Source of the DNA: Chrysomallon squamiferum
Lineage: Eukaryota > Animalia > Mollusca
Direction of reading: 5' to 3'
Length of the DNA stretch: 64,000 nucleotides
Assembly (NCBI GenBank): GCA_012295275.1
Contig: CM022665.1
Coordinates: forward strand, 13,020,001 to 13,084,000
This document shows positions 26,053 to 40,572 of the stretch, piece by piece. The notes under the pieces are model-generated. The model had not been told where the DNA came from. It worked only from the letters and a program-made list of their open reading frames with translations, and made no database searches. Made by a program: the position numbers and the translations under genes. Positions within the stretch are counted from its first letter, which is position 1, and each line of letters begins with the position of its first letter.

Positions 26053-27830
26053 AGACGAACTTGTTTGGAGGGCGGAAACTAGTGGTGAAAAACAGGGAAA
26101 AGAGCAGTTCGTTGATTTCTGTGCACGCATGAATGTGTTACTGGAACGTACAGGCCAAGATACTCAACAACTCTTAAAATATTTAAAAGATATTAGGATG
26201 TCACCCGGAAAATTCATGGGGGGTAATAGACAATGAGCTCTGGTTATTTTGCATGTCAGGAATAGGGGGTAATAGACAAGCTGGGATAGATCAACAATTT
26301 CTGATGGCCAGTTCAACCAGTGCTTTCTTGCAACCCAGGGGACAAGCCGTGAAGGGGGTGGGGTTAGGACATGTTGGGGGTTTAATAGAGGAAAATGTAC
26401 ATTTGCCAAATGTAAATTTATGCACACACGTGGAAAATGTGGAGGAGACATTCCCATCTGCATGCACAATGGGACATTCCCCGATACACACCAGTATTCT
26501 GACCAAAACACACAAAAAAATGACCCCTACAATCTAGCAGCACAGGAATTAATTAAAGGTTTTACTGAGGGTTTTAGACTACAATATCAGGGACCTAGAG
26601 TAGCAACAGACCTAAGCTCCAGAGACACTTAGGAAAAAAAAAAATAGGCTAAGAGATACAGTTAGGGAGGGTGGCAGGACCATTTACAGATCACCCATTT
26701 AAAACCCTGAGAAATTCCCGCCTGGGATTGGTACTCCCAAAATGATGGAGATTTCCGAGTTATTTACCACCTTTCCTATCCTGACGTAGATTCATTTAAT
26801 GATCGTATCGATCCAAGTGTTAATTCTGTATATTATGCCAGTATGCATGGTGCAGTTTAAAAAATTCAGATATTAGATCAGAGAACCCTGTTGGGAAAAT
26901 CTGATATAAAATCAGGATTCAGGCTACTACCAGTATTTCCAGGGGATTTCAGTTTGTTAGGGTTTAAAATGGTGGGTCACAGCACTGTTCTAATTTTTCT
27001 CGGTATAGAAATAGATACAAATGATATGGCATTGCGCCTACCTAAGGCAGCTCATACAGATTACTCTCAAGAAAAGAAAAACTATTTAAAAACATTGCAG
27101 TCACTAATTGGATCCCTGAATTTTGCCTGCCAATTGGCAAGACCAGGCCAAACATTATTAGACGGATAATTGATGCAACAAGAGGAGTTACTAAGCCACA
27201 TCACAATATCCGGGTTACACTAAGTAGAAAGGCAGACTTGAACATGTGGTTAGATTTTCTAGACCATTACAATGGGATTACAGTTATGCCCAACATGTTC
27301 TGGTGAAGCAGTAACGCCTTGAAATTTGGCGTCTTTTTCCAGAGAGACTGGATATATGGGTCATGGCCAGTTCTGTTTTTTTGAGAAACATCACTTTTTC
27401 CTGTGTTAGTTGCTTTAAGTATTTGGGGAAAAGGGCTTAAGAACAAAAAAGTAGTGTTCATTTTGACAATGAAGTAGTAGTGGTTGTAGTCAATATGAAG
27501 ACCTCAAAGTATCCTATGATAATGTCATTATTGAGGAAACCTGTTTTAATAACTTTAAAACAGAATATTCCAGGCAGACGGAATTTAATAGCAGACGCAA
27601 TTTCTGTAAAGAATTCAATGGCAGGTCAGACATGAAGAACTTACTGAAAAACAACTGGAAAAATTTGGACTGCAATTTGGATTGCATCCATCAGGGCCAG
27701 TGCCTGTGGGTCACATAGTCCATTTCATTGCTTTCTTGTCATTACAGCAATTAACCCCATCTACTGTAAAAACATGTAGTAGTGAGATAAGTAGTTGGTA
27801 CAAATTTAAGGGGGAAGGGGACTGACCCTA
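26053..27830 (+). mobile_element. Decayed DIRS/Ngaro-type tyrosine-recombinase retrotransposon (gag zinc finger, RT, RNase H, YR N-terminus)
   Basis: GTCWGFNRGKCTFAKCKFMHTCGKCGG (zinc finger); GFTEGFRLQYQGP; KEIQLGRVAGPF; FRVIYHLSYP..SFNDRID; KSDIKSGFRLLPV (RT); LQSLIGSLNFAC; FPVLVALSIWG..DNEVVV...NLIADAIS (RNase H); IVHFIAFLSLQQLTPSTVK (YR SAM-like). Many frameshifts and deletions. Confidence 0.9.
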
Positions 27831-28389
27831 CATATATATGTGTTTTTCATCTACGCATTTATTATTAAATGACTTTTCTTAAATTTGCTTAGTTTTGGTT
27901 TCCGTTGAGCGACGCCAGTTTAAGTGAGACTCCTGCATTGAAGAGGTCATGCTCTATCAGTACGTCACTGTTACATGCCTGTACAGATGTATTGAACAAC
28001 TGTTAAATACAGTTATGTCTTTTATTATTATTTATTTAAATTTCATCCGGTATATGATAAATGTAATAAGTGTACCAAAAAATGTATTAATTTGTACTTA
28101 TATCTTTGGTACTGAAGTATACTTACAATCCATACGATTAATCTTTTCTGTTTGTTTTGTTTACAGATCAATATATGTATATGTTTTTATTGGGGTTTTT
28201 TACATAGCAAAAAATATATTTAAAAAAATATATAATTATTTAATTAGTATACCATTAAAGAATACAAACAAATTTTCTATTAAAGTGTAATTTGTTTTTC
28301 ATGTGCTTGATATATTAACTGTACCTAATGAAATATAAAACACAGTTTTATTGATACTGAAGATAAAGAGGAATAATTAACAATAAATA

Positions 28390-28620
28390 AACAACACTGC
28401 AGAAATAAAAAGAAATAATAAAACGCGGTCGGAAAGACTGGCGGAAATTGTTTATTTCGGTTATTTTTTTAAAATTAGTGACGCTATATATGACGTCAAC
28501 AAAATATTCCGTTAGTGACTCCGCATCAAACTTGGTAAGAAGCTGCAATTTTTCTGTATCAAAATTAAGATGAAATATTAACTCACCGCGTTAAAACGCT
28601 ACGATATTCTGTAAGTACTG
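28390..28620 (+). promoter_or_regulatory. Promoter-like block with possible non-coding first exon (copy 1)
   Basis: Perfect CRE TGACGTCA, ETS-like GCGGAA, AP-1-like TGACTC, CpG enrichment, and donor-like TTG|GTAAGA and TCT|GTAAGT. Highly similar to 34480-34710. Confidence 0.45.
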
Positions 28621-29439
28621 TAAACCTAATTACATTTAATTTAATTTTTCATATGTTAGGAACTGATTATTTCTAAGGCTATTCTGAAAAAAACTGGATT
28701 CCAATTCAAAATTTGAAATTTGCTCAATTTCTAATTTAAAGGCCAAGGGGGGGGGGGGGTTACAAGCAGCCAACCATGTATGCCAGGATGGCACTGACAA
28801 GCCACGTACTTCGCCACGAGAGCAGCCATTTTTTTTAAATAACTGTTACATTTTTAATAATAATAATAATAATGTTGTTATTGTTGCAAATTGTTGCAGA
28901 TGACAGTTGTTACAGTTTTTGCACTTTTTATATATTTTATCTTAATTACTTTCTACAGTTCGCTAAAACGTTTTTAAAAATATGTTTTCTTATTTTGGCG
29001 TTCAAATTTAAACAGGGATATACGATTACAATTAAATTAATGTAAATGAAAAAAAAATATATATATATATATATAATTACACTAAAAAAATAATTAATAA
29101 ATAATAATGAAAAAAATAAAAATAAAAAAAAAAAAAAAAATAAAAAAAAAAAAAAAATAATAAAAAAATAAATAAATAAAAATAAAATGAAATAAATAAA
29201 TTAATTGATTAAAAAAAAATAAATAATAAAAAATATATCAATCAATAAATAATAAAATAAAAAAAAAAATAAAAAAAATATATCAATCAATCAATAAATA
29301 AATAAAAAAAAAAAAAAAAAAATAACACTAATAAATAATAATAAAAAAATAAACATAAAAAAAAAAAAAAAAAAAATAATAATAATAATAAAAATAAATA
29401 AATAATAATAAAAAAAATTAAAACAGTGTGATAATAAAG

Positions 29440-29920
29440 GTGGTATGCTATTAGTAACAGCACTAGTGGTAGTAGTGATAGATACAGTAGAGTAGTACTA
29501 GTAGTAGCAATAGTAATGGTGGTAATAGTAGTAGCTTTAGTAGTAGGAGAAATGGTTGTGGTAATAGTAGAGGTAATGGTTATAAGTGGTATAATAGAGG
29601 TAGTGATAGTAACTGTAGAGGTAGTGGTAATGGTGGAGGTAGTAATAATAGTAGTTGTGCTTGTGGTACTGATGGTAATGATAGTGGTAGTAGCTATAGC
29701 GGTAATGGTAGTAGATGTAATAGTAGTAGTGGTGGTGGTAGCAGTAGAGGTATTGATAGTAGTAATACTAAAGGCAGTAGTAGTGATAGTAGCTCTGATA
29801 AAAGTTGTAGTAGTAGTAGTAGTAGTAGTTGTTATAGTAGTAATAATAGAGGTAGTTGAAACTATAGTAGTAGTAGTTGCTGTAGTGATGGTGGTTGTAA
29901 TAGTAGTAGCAGCAGTAATG
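29440..29920. repeat. Degenerate (GTA/GTG)n microsatellite (paralogs at ~35630-36030 and ~38125-38670)
   Basis: Direct reading; gives spurious poly-Val ORFs. Confidence 0.9.
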
Positions 29921-30719
29921 TATAGATATAATCATTGATATTAAACAATTTGATTCAAACTGTATAATTGTAGTTTTTTTTATTACTGAAGTACATTTTA
30001 ATTATAAATTTATTTGCCTGCTGATAAAGAAAGTGAGGGAATATATTTAATTTTTCTAATTTAAATTAACTAATGAAGTTTTGTTTCAGATTATTAATTT
30101 ATAAAACATGGATCTTTTTAAGACTGTTAATACATTATTTATTTATTTACTATTTATTTGTCTACATATATTTTATTTATGTATTGGCTATTTTAGATTG
30201 TTCAAAACAAAAATAAAAATAAAAATATAAAATAAAATAAAATTTATAAAAAAAACCCCAAATGTTCAAGATTACTTGTATCTTTAATTATATTATAAAA
30301 CATGACTTTTTTAAGATTACTAATACATTATTTATTTATTTATTTATGTATGTATGTATGTATGTATATTTTATTTATGTATCATTTATTTATTATGCAT
30401 TTATGTATATTTCACTTATTTATTTCTTTCTTTTTTAATTAATTTTCTATTTATTATTATATTTATTTATTTATTTTATTTTTTTATTTATTTATTTATT
30501 TATATTTTTATTTATTTATTTCTTTATATATTTTTTTTTTTTTTTATTTATATTTTTATTTATTTATTTATTTATATTTTTATTTATTTATTTCTTTATA
30601 TATTTTTTTATTTATATTTTTATTTATTTATTTATTTATATATATATTTTTAACTTTTTCAGCATCTTCTTCAATTATTCCTAAATAAATTGCTTCAGAT
30701 ATCATTGCTTTTCAAAATT

Positions 30720-30868
<149 letters not shown>

Positions 30869-31378
30869 AAAATAATAAAAAAAATGGTTTCTTTTATTTA
30901 AATGTTCAAGTATTTCTGTTTGTTGTTAATTATAAGATTATCAGATTATTTATTTATTTTCACCAATATCTCCATCATTGTAGCGACATTTGTTATAATG
31001 TGTTATATGTGTTATAATAAATATATTATAACACATAGTATATTAATAGTTTTAATAAACTGATTTAATAATAATAACAGAATTTAAAAAAAAAAAAAAT
31101 TAAAAACAAAAATAAATAAATAAAATATTAAAAAAGTAATTAAATAAAAAAAATATTGGTATCCATTTTGTATTTTATGTTACTACTACTACTAGTACTA
31201 CTACTACTATATTTTGCGGAGGGTAGGTCAATCATTCCTCACTCTTAATAATAATAATAATAATAATAAAAAAGTAATTAGATAATACAAAAAATTGAAC
31301 AAAAAAAAATTAAATTATTATTTTTTTTTTTTTGGGGGGGTAGGGTTAATTATTCCTCACCGTTCAAAAATTATTATT

Positions 31379-31513
31379 GTTTAATGTACCTGAAATGCAG
31401 CAACAAGGAGTCACCTGGTGAGTGATGACACCCCCACCTCAGAGTGGCTAATACAGGAAACTCATACTTGAAAATGAGCTACTGGGGGACTGTTCACCTT
31501 AGGTACATTAAAC
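31379..31513. other. Conserved ~120-nt structured element, copy 1 (candidate ncRNA or DIRS-type terminal repeat)
   Basis: Flanked by a 13-bp perfect inverted repeat GTTTAATGTACCT...AGGTACATTAAAC; differs from copy 2 by only 2 substitutions in the core. Confidence 0.6.
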
Positions 31514-33320
31514 TATCAATTATTAATTCATTTTTATAATAAACTGCAATTTCTCTTTTTAAATAATATTTATACTGATGAATTAACTAATTTCAAAATG
31601 TTTTAGAATGTAGCATAGAATTATTCATGTGTATATATACCATACCTATCTACTAACACACATACAGACACGCACACACACCTATACTAGATATAAATTT
31701 ATGATCTCAACATTTGTCAACTGTTCAGTTAAAATATAAAAATTGTAACTTTGCAAATTGTATTTTTGTAAATATATATTTACAAATCATGTAACATTTT
31801 ATTTAAAAAAATATATTCTTATGTAAATTCTTTGAAAATGTTTATTATTTTATTCATCAACTGAAAAATAATTCATTATTAAAGTATTTAAATAAACAGA
31901 GCCTTATATTTTTCATTGTTTTATTTCAGTTCAGTTCAGTTATTTATTTACATTTATTATTCCTACCAAAGGGAAATCACATAACCTTGGGCTATGACCA
32001 AAGCTGCTTAAATATGTTTAAAAGTCATGAAAATTAGTGTTTTGGTGGGATAATAAGGAATATTATATTGGACTTTTCATGTTTTGTAGATTTTAAAAAT
32101 ATCGGATGAATTTAGACTTGCTTTGACGGGATTGGAATAGATTCTTCGGTTTAATTATGCACAATAACAATCAAAACTAAAAAGTTGAAAGCATCAGAGT
32201 CAAATCTAGTTTTGAAGAAAATATACATATATAGAAAAATAGACAATGGTTTCTTTTTAAGCTGATTCAATTTATATTGCTATTGTAGAAATGCAGCACT
32301 GGTGTAAAATGAAGGATGGCTGTGTACATCTATTTATTGCTCGTTTTTTTACTAGTAGCCTACTATTTTTATTTTTCAGTATTATGATATATAAGGTTTC
32401 TGCAAGTGTACTCTCTCTCTCGTTTTAAATCTTCAAGAAGGTTAGGGTAATTGTTGTGGTTCTGAATACAAAATATAATTTGAAAACGGAAATGAATATT
32501 TACGATGGTGCAAACTTAGCCAGGCCTATATTTTAGTACTGCTAGAAATCATAATTTACTGTCCATAAAATACAATAAATCTGACCAAAAAAAAAGAAAA
32601 CAGAAACCACTTTTTTTTTACATTGTGACAAGGTTTGTAAAATATAAATCTAATAGACTTCAACACACTGTCAACAGTTTTCTTAAGTCTGTATTGTTTA
32701 AAGGAGTTGGCCCTGGGCATCACCAGACCTCTGCATACCACTGATATTGATGTCATTTTCTTTATTAATTAAATAAACTCTTCTCACAAATGGACAGGAA
32801 TGGTCGACCAATAATAACTTTTGTTTCTTTACATTTATTTATTTTTTAAATCTTAAACATATGTGTACAGTTAGTAATACAGGTACCAAAAATTAAACAC
32901 ATTTTGTACTACAACTCAGTATTTCCTAATTATAAAGAATGACACTGATATTTGCTAAGTTTTATTTATTTATTTATTTATTTTCAGCTCTCTTAATGTC
33001 ACTGAAGTGAAAGAAATCAATAATTATTTGGGGGGCTAGCTTATATATATTTAAAGAAAATAAAAAGTAAGACTTCACTTCCAAAAAATGAGTAAATTTC
33101 ATTTAAAGTGGGAAAAAAAAAAAAATGACATTCTACAAACATCTCTACTTGTAAACAAATAAGGAAAAATAAAACAAAGTAAAATATAGGGAATTTTAAA
33201 CAGTGAATACTGAAAAGAAATATACATCTGCTACTAACACATGTTGATCAAGAACAGTTTAGCTACACTAACCCACAACCATGACATGAATTAAACAATC
33301 TACATGAATAGAAGAAATAG

Positions 33321-33321
<1 letters not shown>

Positions 33322-33403
<82 letters not shown>
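33322..33403. repeat. (CT)n microsatellite
   Basis: Direct reading. Confidence 0.95.
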
Positions 33404-33406
<3 letters not shown>

Positions 33407-34186
33407 GACTATTTTTCACCCTAGTCAGACTGGTAACATCAGATATATAAACATCTCACCAGTACTGTCAACACATAAGATAGCCCCAATAGCATAATAA
33501 AAGATTATGCTGGGTGCTTTAGTTGAATTCCTCACAGAAATAAAAATATTTAAGTATTTATATAAGAAAGAAAGAATTCGTAAACAATCATCAAATATTC
33601 GCACGTATTCACTCTATCTCTCATATGTATAAAAGTGTTTTTATATCTACCATTTATCCAGCTTCCAGAAACCCAGAAAATCCACACAAAAAAAAAAACA
33701 AAAAAAACCAGGCTTTATAAATATTATGCCTTTTTGGGGTTTCCTTTGAGCGACGCCAATTTAAGTGAAACACCTGCATTGAACAGTTGAGGCTCTAAAA
33801 ATACGTAATTGTTACACCCCTGTACATGTATCTTGCATAACTGTTAAATACTGTTAGATCTTGTATTATTATTTATTTAAAAACATTGACGATACACAAT
33901 GCGGCGAGTGAATGAACGCTACGCGGCTTGAAAGAGTAGTTCCGGTCTGGTGAGGACAACACCCGCGCGCGCGAACTATGAAAATAGCGTCGGGAAAAAC
34001 ATACATATTATTTGTATAATTTTTAACAACACAAACAAAAGTTAAAGTTTATTTTCTCTTAAATGAATGCCAACTCAAAATAGCTTACTAGATCTAGTTA
34101 TATTTAATTATTTATTACTGCTACAATTCATAACAATTACTGCATTTACATTTTGGATTATGGCTATTATCATTATTATGATTATA

Positions 34187-34269
<83 letters not shown>

Positions 34270-34479
34270 CAACAGTAGCATAATGTATTAAAGAATTCAT
34301 CATCCGTTTTTTGATCGATGAATTTCCTATTAAAGTGGCCGACGTTTCCCGAAATTAAATGAACAAACAAAATTGGAAATTTGTTATTCATGTGTTTAAT
34401 AAATTAACTATACATAATGAAATGTGAAACAAGGTTTTATTGATATTAATCATAAATACGAATAATTAACTATAAATCA

Positions 34480-34710
34480 ACAACACTGCAGAAATAAAAA
34501 GAAATAATAAAACGCGGTCGAAAAAAACTGGCGGAAATTGTTTATTTCGGTTATTTTTTTAAAATTAGTGACGTTATATATGACGTCAACAAAATATTCC
34601 GTTAGTGACTCCGCATCAAACTTGGTAAGAAGCTGCAATTTTTCTGTATCAAAATTAAAATGAAATATTAACTCACCGCGTCAAAACTCTGCAATATTCT
34701 GTAAGTGCAC
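34480..34710 (+). promoter_or_regulatory. Promoter-like block with possible non-coding first exon (copy 2)
   Basis: The same motifs as 28390-28620 are retained. Confidence 0.45.
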
Positions 34711-34844
34711 TAAACCTAATTACATTTAATGTAATTTTTCATATGTTAGGAATAGATTATTTCAAGGGTTAATCTGAAAAAACTGGATCCAACTTCTAAA
34801 TTCGAAATTTTCAAATTTTCCATTAGGATGTTCATTTTATTTAA

Positions 34845-34880
<36 letters not shown>

Positions 34881-34889
34881 GTTACATTT

Positions 34890-34952
<63 letters not shown>

Positions 34953-35125
34953 TTATTATTGTTGCAGATTGTTGTAGATCACAGTTGTTACAGTTTTTGC
35001 ACTTTTTATATAAGTTATCTTACTTGATTACTTTCTGCAGTTCGCTAAAACGTTTTTAAAAATAAGTTTTCATATTTTGGCGTCCGCTTTCAAATTTAAA
35101 TAGGAATATACGATTACAATTAAAT

Positions 35126-35165
<40 letters not shown>

Positions 35166-36260
35166 AAAAATATATATAATTACACAAAAAAAGAGTTAAT
35201 AAATACCAAAAATAAAAATATTAAAATATATATAATAGATAAATAAACAATAAACTTTAAATAAATAATAATAAAATAAAATAAAATAAAACGAAATAAA
35301 TTAATTAAAAAAAAAATAAATAAATAAATAAATATAAATGTAAATAAATAAAAAATAAAATAAAAATAGTAAAAAGCATTAAATAATAATAAAAAATAGT
35401 AATAATAAACATTAAATAAATAAATAATTAAATAAGAAAATAAATAAAATAAATAAATACAAAATTAAATATAAGTAACGAAATAAAAAAAATAAAAAAA
35501 AATAATAATAAACACTAAATAAATAAATAATAATAATAAAAAAAAGATAAAATAAATAAAAAAAAAAAAAAAAAAAATAAATAAATAAATAAATAAAAAA
35601 AATAAAAAAATAAAAAAAATAATAATAGTAGTAGTAGTAGTTGTGGTGGTAGTGGTATAATAGTAGAGGTAATTGATGTAGTGACAGTAGTGGTTGGAGT
35701 AGTGGTAATGTGTGGTAGTGATATGATAGTAGAGTAGTGGTACTGTTAGCAGTAGTAATAATGGTAGGCAGCAGCAGTGGTAGTTGTAGGGGTACTGTTA
35801 GTAGTGGTTATGGTAGTGATAGCAGTGGTAGGGGTAGTAGTAATGGTGATAGTAGTAGTTGTAGTGGTTATGGTTATAATAGTATAATAGTGGTAGTGGT
35901 TGTGGTAATCATAGTAGTGGTAGAGGTAGTAGTAATTATAGTTGTCTAATAGTAGAGATATTGGTAGGGATAATACTAATGGCAGTAGTAGTGATAGTAG
36001 CACTGGTAACAGTTGTAGTAGTAGCAGTAGTAGGAATAATCATCGATATTAAATAATTACATTCAAACATAATTGTAATTTTTTATTTTGTGTTCTGGAG
36101 TACATTTTAATTATAAATTGTTTCAGATTACTTATCTCTTTAATTAATTTATAAAACAAATCTTTTTAAGATTATTAATACATTATTTATTTATTTATTT
36201 GTTTGTGTAAGTTTATTTTATTTATGTATTGTTTTTTAATTTATTTATTATTATATTTAG

Positions 36261-36318
<58 letters not shown>

Positions 36319-36516
36319 TAAGTTTTCCAGCAACAGCTTTAACAAAAAACAGATGTTGTGATTTTACAATTAGAATTTTTTATATTAACAAATAATATTT
36401 AACTTTTTGTCAGAAACTTAATCATTTTTTTTGGTTCTTAGGTAAGAAAGATTTATTCCTTTCCTAAATAAATTCTTTCTTACCTTTTCAGAAGTGATGG
36501 CTGTTTTAGATTGTTC

Positions 36517-36705
<189 letters not shown>

Positions 36706-37003
36706 AAATAAATGAAAATAAAAATAAATAAGTAAATTTATAAAAAAAAAATAAAAAAAAAAAAAATAAATAAATAACAATAAAAATAAATAAGTAAATT
36801 TATAAAAAAAAAAAAAATAAAAAAAAAAAAAAAAAAAAATAAATTAAAAAAAAAAAAAATAAATAAATAAATAACAATAAAAATAAATAAGTAAATTTAT
36901 AAAAAAAAAAAAAAAAAAAAAAAAAGATAAAAATCAAATAAATAAGTAAATTAATAAAATAAATAAATAAATAAATGAAAATAAAAATAAATAAGTAAAT
37001 TTA

Positions 37004-37052
<49 letters not shown>

Positions 37053-37074
37053 CAATAAAAATAAATAAGTAAAT

Positions 37075-37115
<41 letters not shown>

Positions 37116-37799
37116 GTTTCCTTTGACCTAGAGGTTCAAGTATTTGTTTGTTGTTAATTATAAGATTTGAGTTTCTATTTTCAGGTTATTTTTCACCAGT
37201 ATCTCCATTACTGTAGCTGTAACAGTTATATATATGACAAGTAGCATATTAATAGTTTTAATAAACTGATTTAATAATAATAAAAATTAAGAATATAAAT
37301 AAATAAATAAAAAATAAACAAAAATGTAAATAAATAAAAAAATAAATAAAATATATAATAAAAAAACATTAAATAAAAAAACAAAACATTAAATAAAAAA
37401 CAAATAAATAAAGAAACAAAAAAATTAAATTAAAAATTAAAAATAAATGAATAAAATAAATACCAGATTATTTATTTTCACTATCTCCATCACTGTAGCT
37501 GCAACAGTTATATGTATAATATTATAACAAGCAGCATATTAATAATTTTAATAAACTTATTTAATAATAATAAGAAGAAGAAAAAATAATAAAAAAGTAA
37601 ATTAAAATAATAATTAAAAAAAGTAAATAAATAATTAAAAAATATTGGTATCCATTTTGTATTGTATGTTATGATAAAAAAATTCAATTTATTTTTGGTA
37701 AATTATTATTATTATTATTATTATTATTTTTTTTTTTTTTTTTTGAGGGGTGTGTAGGGTCAATTATTCCTCACTGTTCAAAAATTATTACTATTTAAT

Positions 37800-37921
37800 G
37801 TACCTTAAATGCAGCAACAAGGAGTCACCTGGTGAGTGATGACACCCCCACCTCAGAGTGGCTAATACGGGAAACTCATACTTGAAAATGAGCTACTGGG
37901 GGACTGTTCACCTTAGGTACA
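37800..37921. other. Conserved ~120-nt structured element, copy 2
   Basis: GTACCTTAAATGCAGCAACAAGGAGTCACCTGGTGAGTGATGACACCCCCACC...CTGGGGGACTGTTCACCTTAGGTACA. Confidence 0.6.
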
Positions 37922-38109
37922 GAAAACATTCGATTTTTTTCAGATAATTTTAAATAAAAACATATTACATTAGGAAAATAAAATATTTATCTAAATAAAT
38001 TTAATAAAGATGCAAACAAAATATTTAAGAATAAACACAATAATTAAGCACTGTCCCTTTAATTTAGTTGTGATACTATAATAAATCATTTTACATTAAC
38101 AAATTTATT

Positions 38110-39600
38110 AGCAGTAAAGGTCACTGTGGTGGTACTAATAGCAGTTGTGGTGTTGAGGTAGTGATAACAGAGGTTGATGTTGTAGTAATGGTCCTAATGG
38201 TAGTGGTAGAGGCAGTAGTAAATGTAAAGTAGTGATAGTGGTTATGGTCATAGTAATAGTACTAATAGTGGTAGAAGTGTTAGTAATGCTGGTGGTGGTA
38301 ATGGTAGTGAAGATTGTGGTTCTGGTAGTGATGGTAGTAGATGTTTTAGTGGTAGTGGCAGTATTAGTAATAGCAGATGTAGTAATAGTAGTAGTAGTAG
38401 TAGTAGTTGTGGTAGTGGAGGTATTGGTAGTAGTAATACTAAAGGCAGTAGTAGTAGTTGTTATTGTAGTAGTAATAGTAAAGGTAGTAGGAGTAGTTGT
38501 GGTTGTGAAAGTAGTAGCTGAGGTAGTGGTAATGAGAGTTGTAATAGTGAAGGTTGTAGTAGCGAGACTGGTGCTGGTAGTAGTTGTAATTATTGTAGTG
38601 ATGGTGGTTGTAACAAGTTCTAGTAGTAGAGGTTGGTTGTAGTAGATGTAGTATTAGTAGCAGTAGCAATGTATAGATATAATCACTGATATTAAATAAG
38701 TATATTTAAACATAGAGTATAACTGTAGTTTTGTTATTACTGAAGTACCTTTTAATTATAAATTTATTTGCCAGGTGATGGAGATGGTGATTGTTTATAT
38801 TTAATTTTTCTAATTTAAATTAACTATTGAAGTTTGTTTCAGAGTACTTGTTTCATTGATTAATTTATAAAACATGGATCTTTTTAAGATTATTAATACA
38901 TTATTTATTTAAAAATTAAAAGAAAAAAGGAGTAAATAAAAAAAAGTAAAAACAAAAGTAAAATATATCCATTTGTATTGTATGCAGATTGTTGTATAGA
39001 TGACAGTTTTTGTACTTTTTATATTTTTATATTTTATCTTACCTCATTACTTTCTAAAACGTTGTATAAATATTTTTCATATTTTGGCCTCCACTTTCAA
39101 ATTTAAATAGGAATAAATAAAATTAAAAAATGATTTATTCGTATCAGTTTTGTATTGTATGTTATGACAAAAATTTTAAAATCTATTTTACTTTTATTAT
39201 CATCATTATTATTTAAAATTTTTAAATTTATTTTGGTGGGAGGTATGGCCAATCATTCCTCACCATTCAAAAATTATTGTTATTTAATGTACCTTAAATG
39301 CAGCAACAAGGAGTCACCTGGTGAGTGATGACACCCCCACCTCAGAGTGGCTAATACGGGAAACTCATACTTGAAAATGAGCAACTGGGGGACTGTTCGC
39401 CTTAGGTACAGAAAACATTCGATTTTTTTCAGATAATTTTAAATAAAAACATATTACATTAGGAAAATAAAATATTTATCTAAATAAATTTAATAAAAAT
39501 GCAAACAAAATAAAATATTTAAGAATAAACACAATAATTAAGCACTGTCCCTTTAATTTAGTTGTGTATGATACTAAATAATTTTTACATTAACAAATTT
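38110..39600 (+). repeat. Tandem segmental duplication unit, partial copy 3
   Basis: Contains the GTA microsatellite and the 120-nt element; the ~190 nt downstream are nearly identical to 37921-38108. Confidence 0.85.
39289..39410. other. Conserved ~120-nt structured element, copy 3
   Basis: Two substitutions relative to copy 2. Confidence 0.6.
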
Positions 39601-40532
39601 ATGGAACAATTTTCAAAATATAAATATTTTTACAAATAACTGTAATAAAATAATAAAAATCTGAAATGATATTTTACCAAATTCTACATTTTACAGGAGT
39701 CTGTTTACTCAGTAAACATTTTCAAAGGATCTGGATAATCCTTCTGATAATAATGGCCTCCCATGCAACCAAATAATAATAATAATAATAGTCATCATTA
39801 TAATCATGATTATTACTATCATAACAATAAGGTCAGTTTAATTTTCATTAATTAAGAAAAGTATAAAATGTCTATACAAAAACATAACACATGGATTTAT
39901 GAAAATAAATTTAATACAAAATATTTACAAAATTGTGAAGACACTGTTTAAGAAGATGACTATCAAACACTGATGTTAATAAAACCTGATCTGAACTGAA
40001 ACATGAAAAATAAATTAATTTTTGGGACTTATTTAATAAACAGATAAAAATGACTTGAAAATCATAAATATTTCATAAAAAAAAAAACGAGAAAAGAATA
40101 TAATAAAATAAAAAAATTTAAAATTTAAAATGAACCTATAAATCACAAAATAAATAATTTATTTTAAATTCCAATTTATTTCCATCTAATCTAAAAAGTG
40201 CTTCCATTTTGAAGAAAACCTGATCGTTAATTTTTCTAATAAATGTTAAGTAGTAAAATTAAATTTACAATCTGATAACATCATTTATTATTCTTCAGTA
40301 ATTTTACTTATTTATTTATTTATTTATTTAATTTACTAAAGTTGCCTGAGAAGCACACAGTATATATATACATATATTATTGTTACATATAAAACTATTT
40401 TGAGCTTTTAAAGTCTGAACAAAAGGATTCAGCCAGTCAGAGCTCTTGTCAAGGGAGACTATTCTAACATATTAAGGCCATTTTGTTTTAAATAATATAT
40501 GTTTAAAAATAATCATATATATATATATGTAA

Positions 40533-40572
<40 letters not shown>

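Noticed and set aside
29516-29938. Poly-Val, poly-Lys, poly-Phe and poly-Ile ORFs (also 30718, 34067, 35737, 36494, 38232)
   Set aside because: Translations of microsatellites and homopolymers.
33885-34000. CpG-rich patch present only in duplication copy 2
   Set aside because: Probably a transposon end fragment; no structure or family could be assigned.
37800-37921. Resemblance of the 120-nt element to RNase MRP (minus strand GAACAGTCCCC...GGGGGTGTCATC), U12 snRNA (CCTTAAA-N9-AAGGA) or a hammerhead ribozyme
   Set aside because: It lacks MRP CR-V and P3, the U12 branch-pairing sequence and Sm site, and a CTGANGA core. The similarities are short and probably coincidental.
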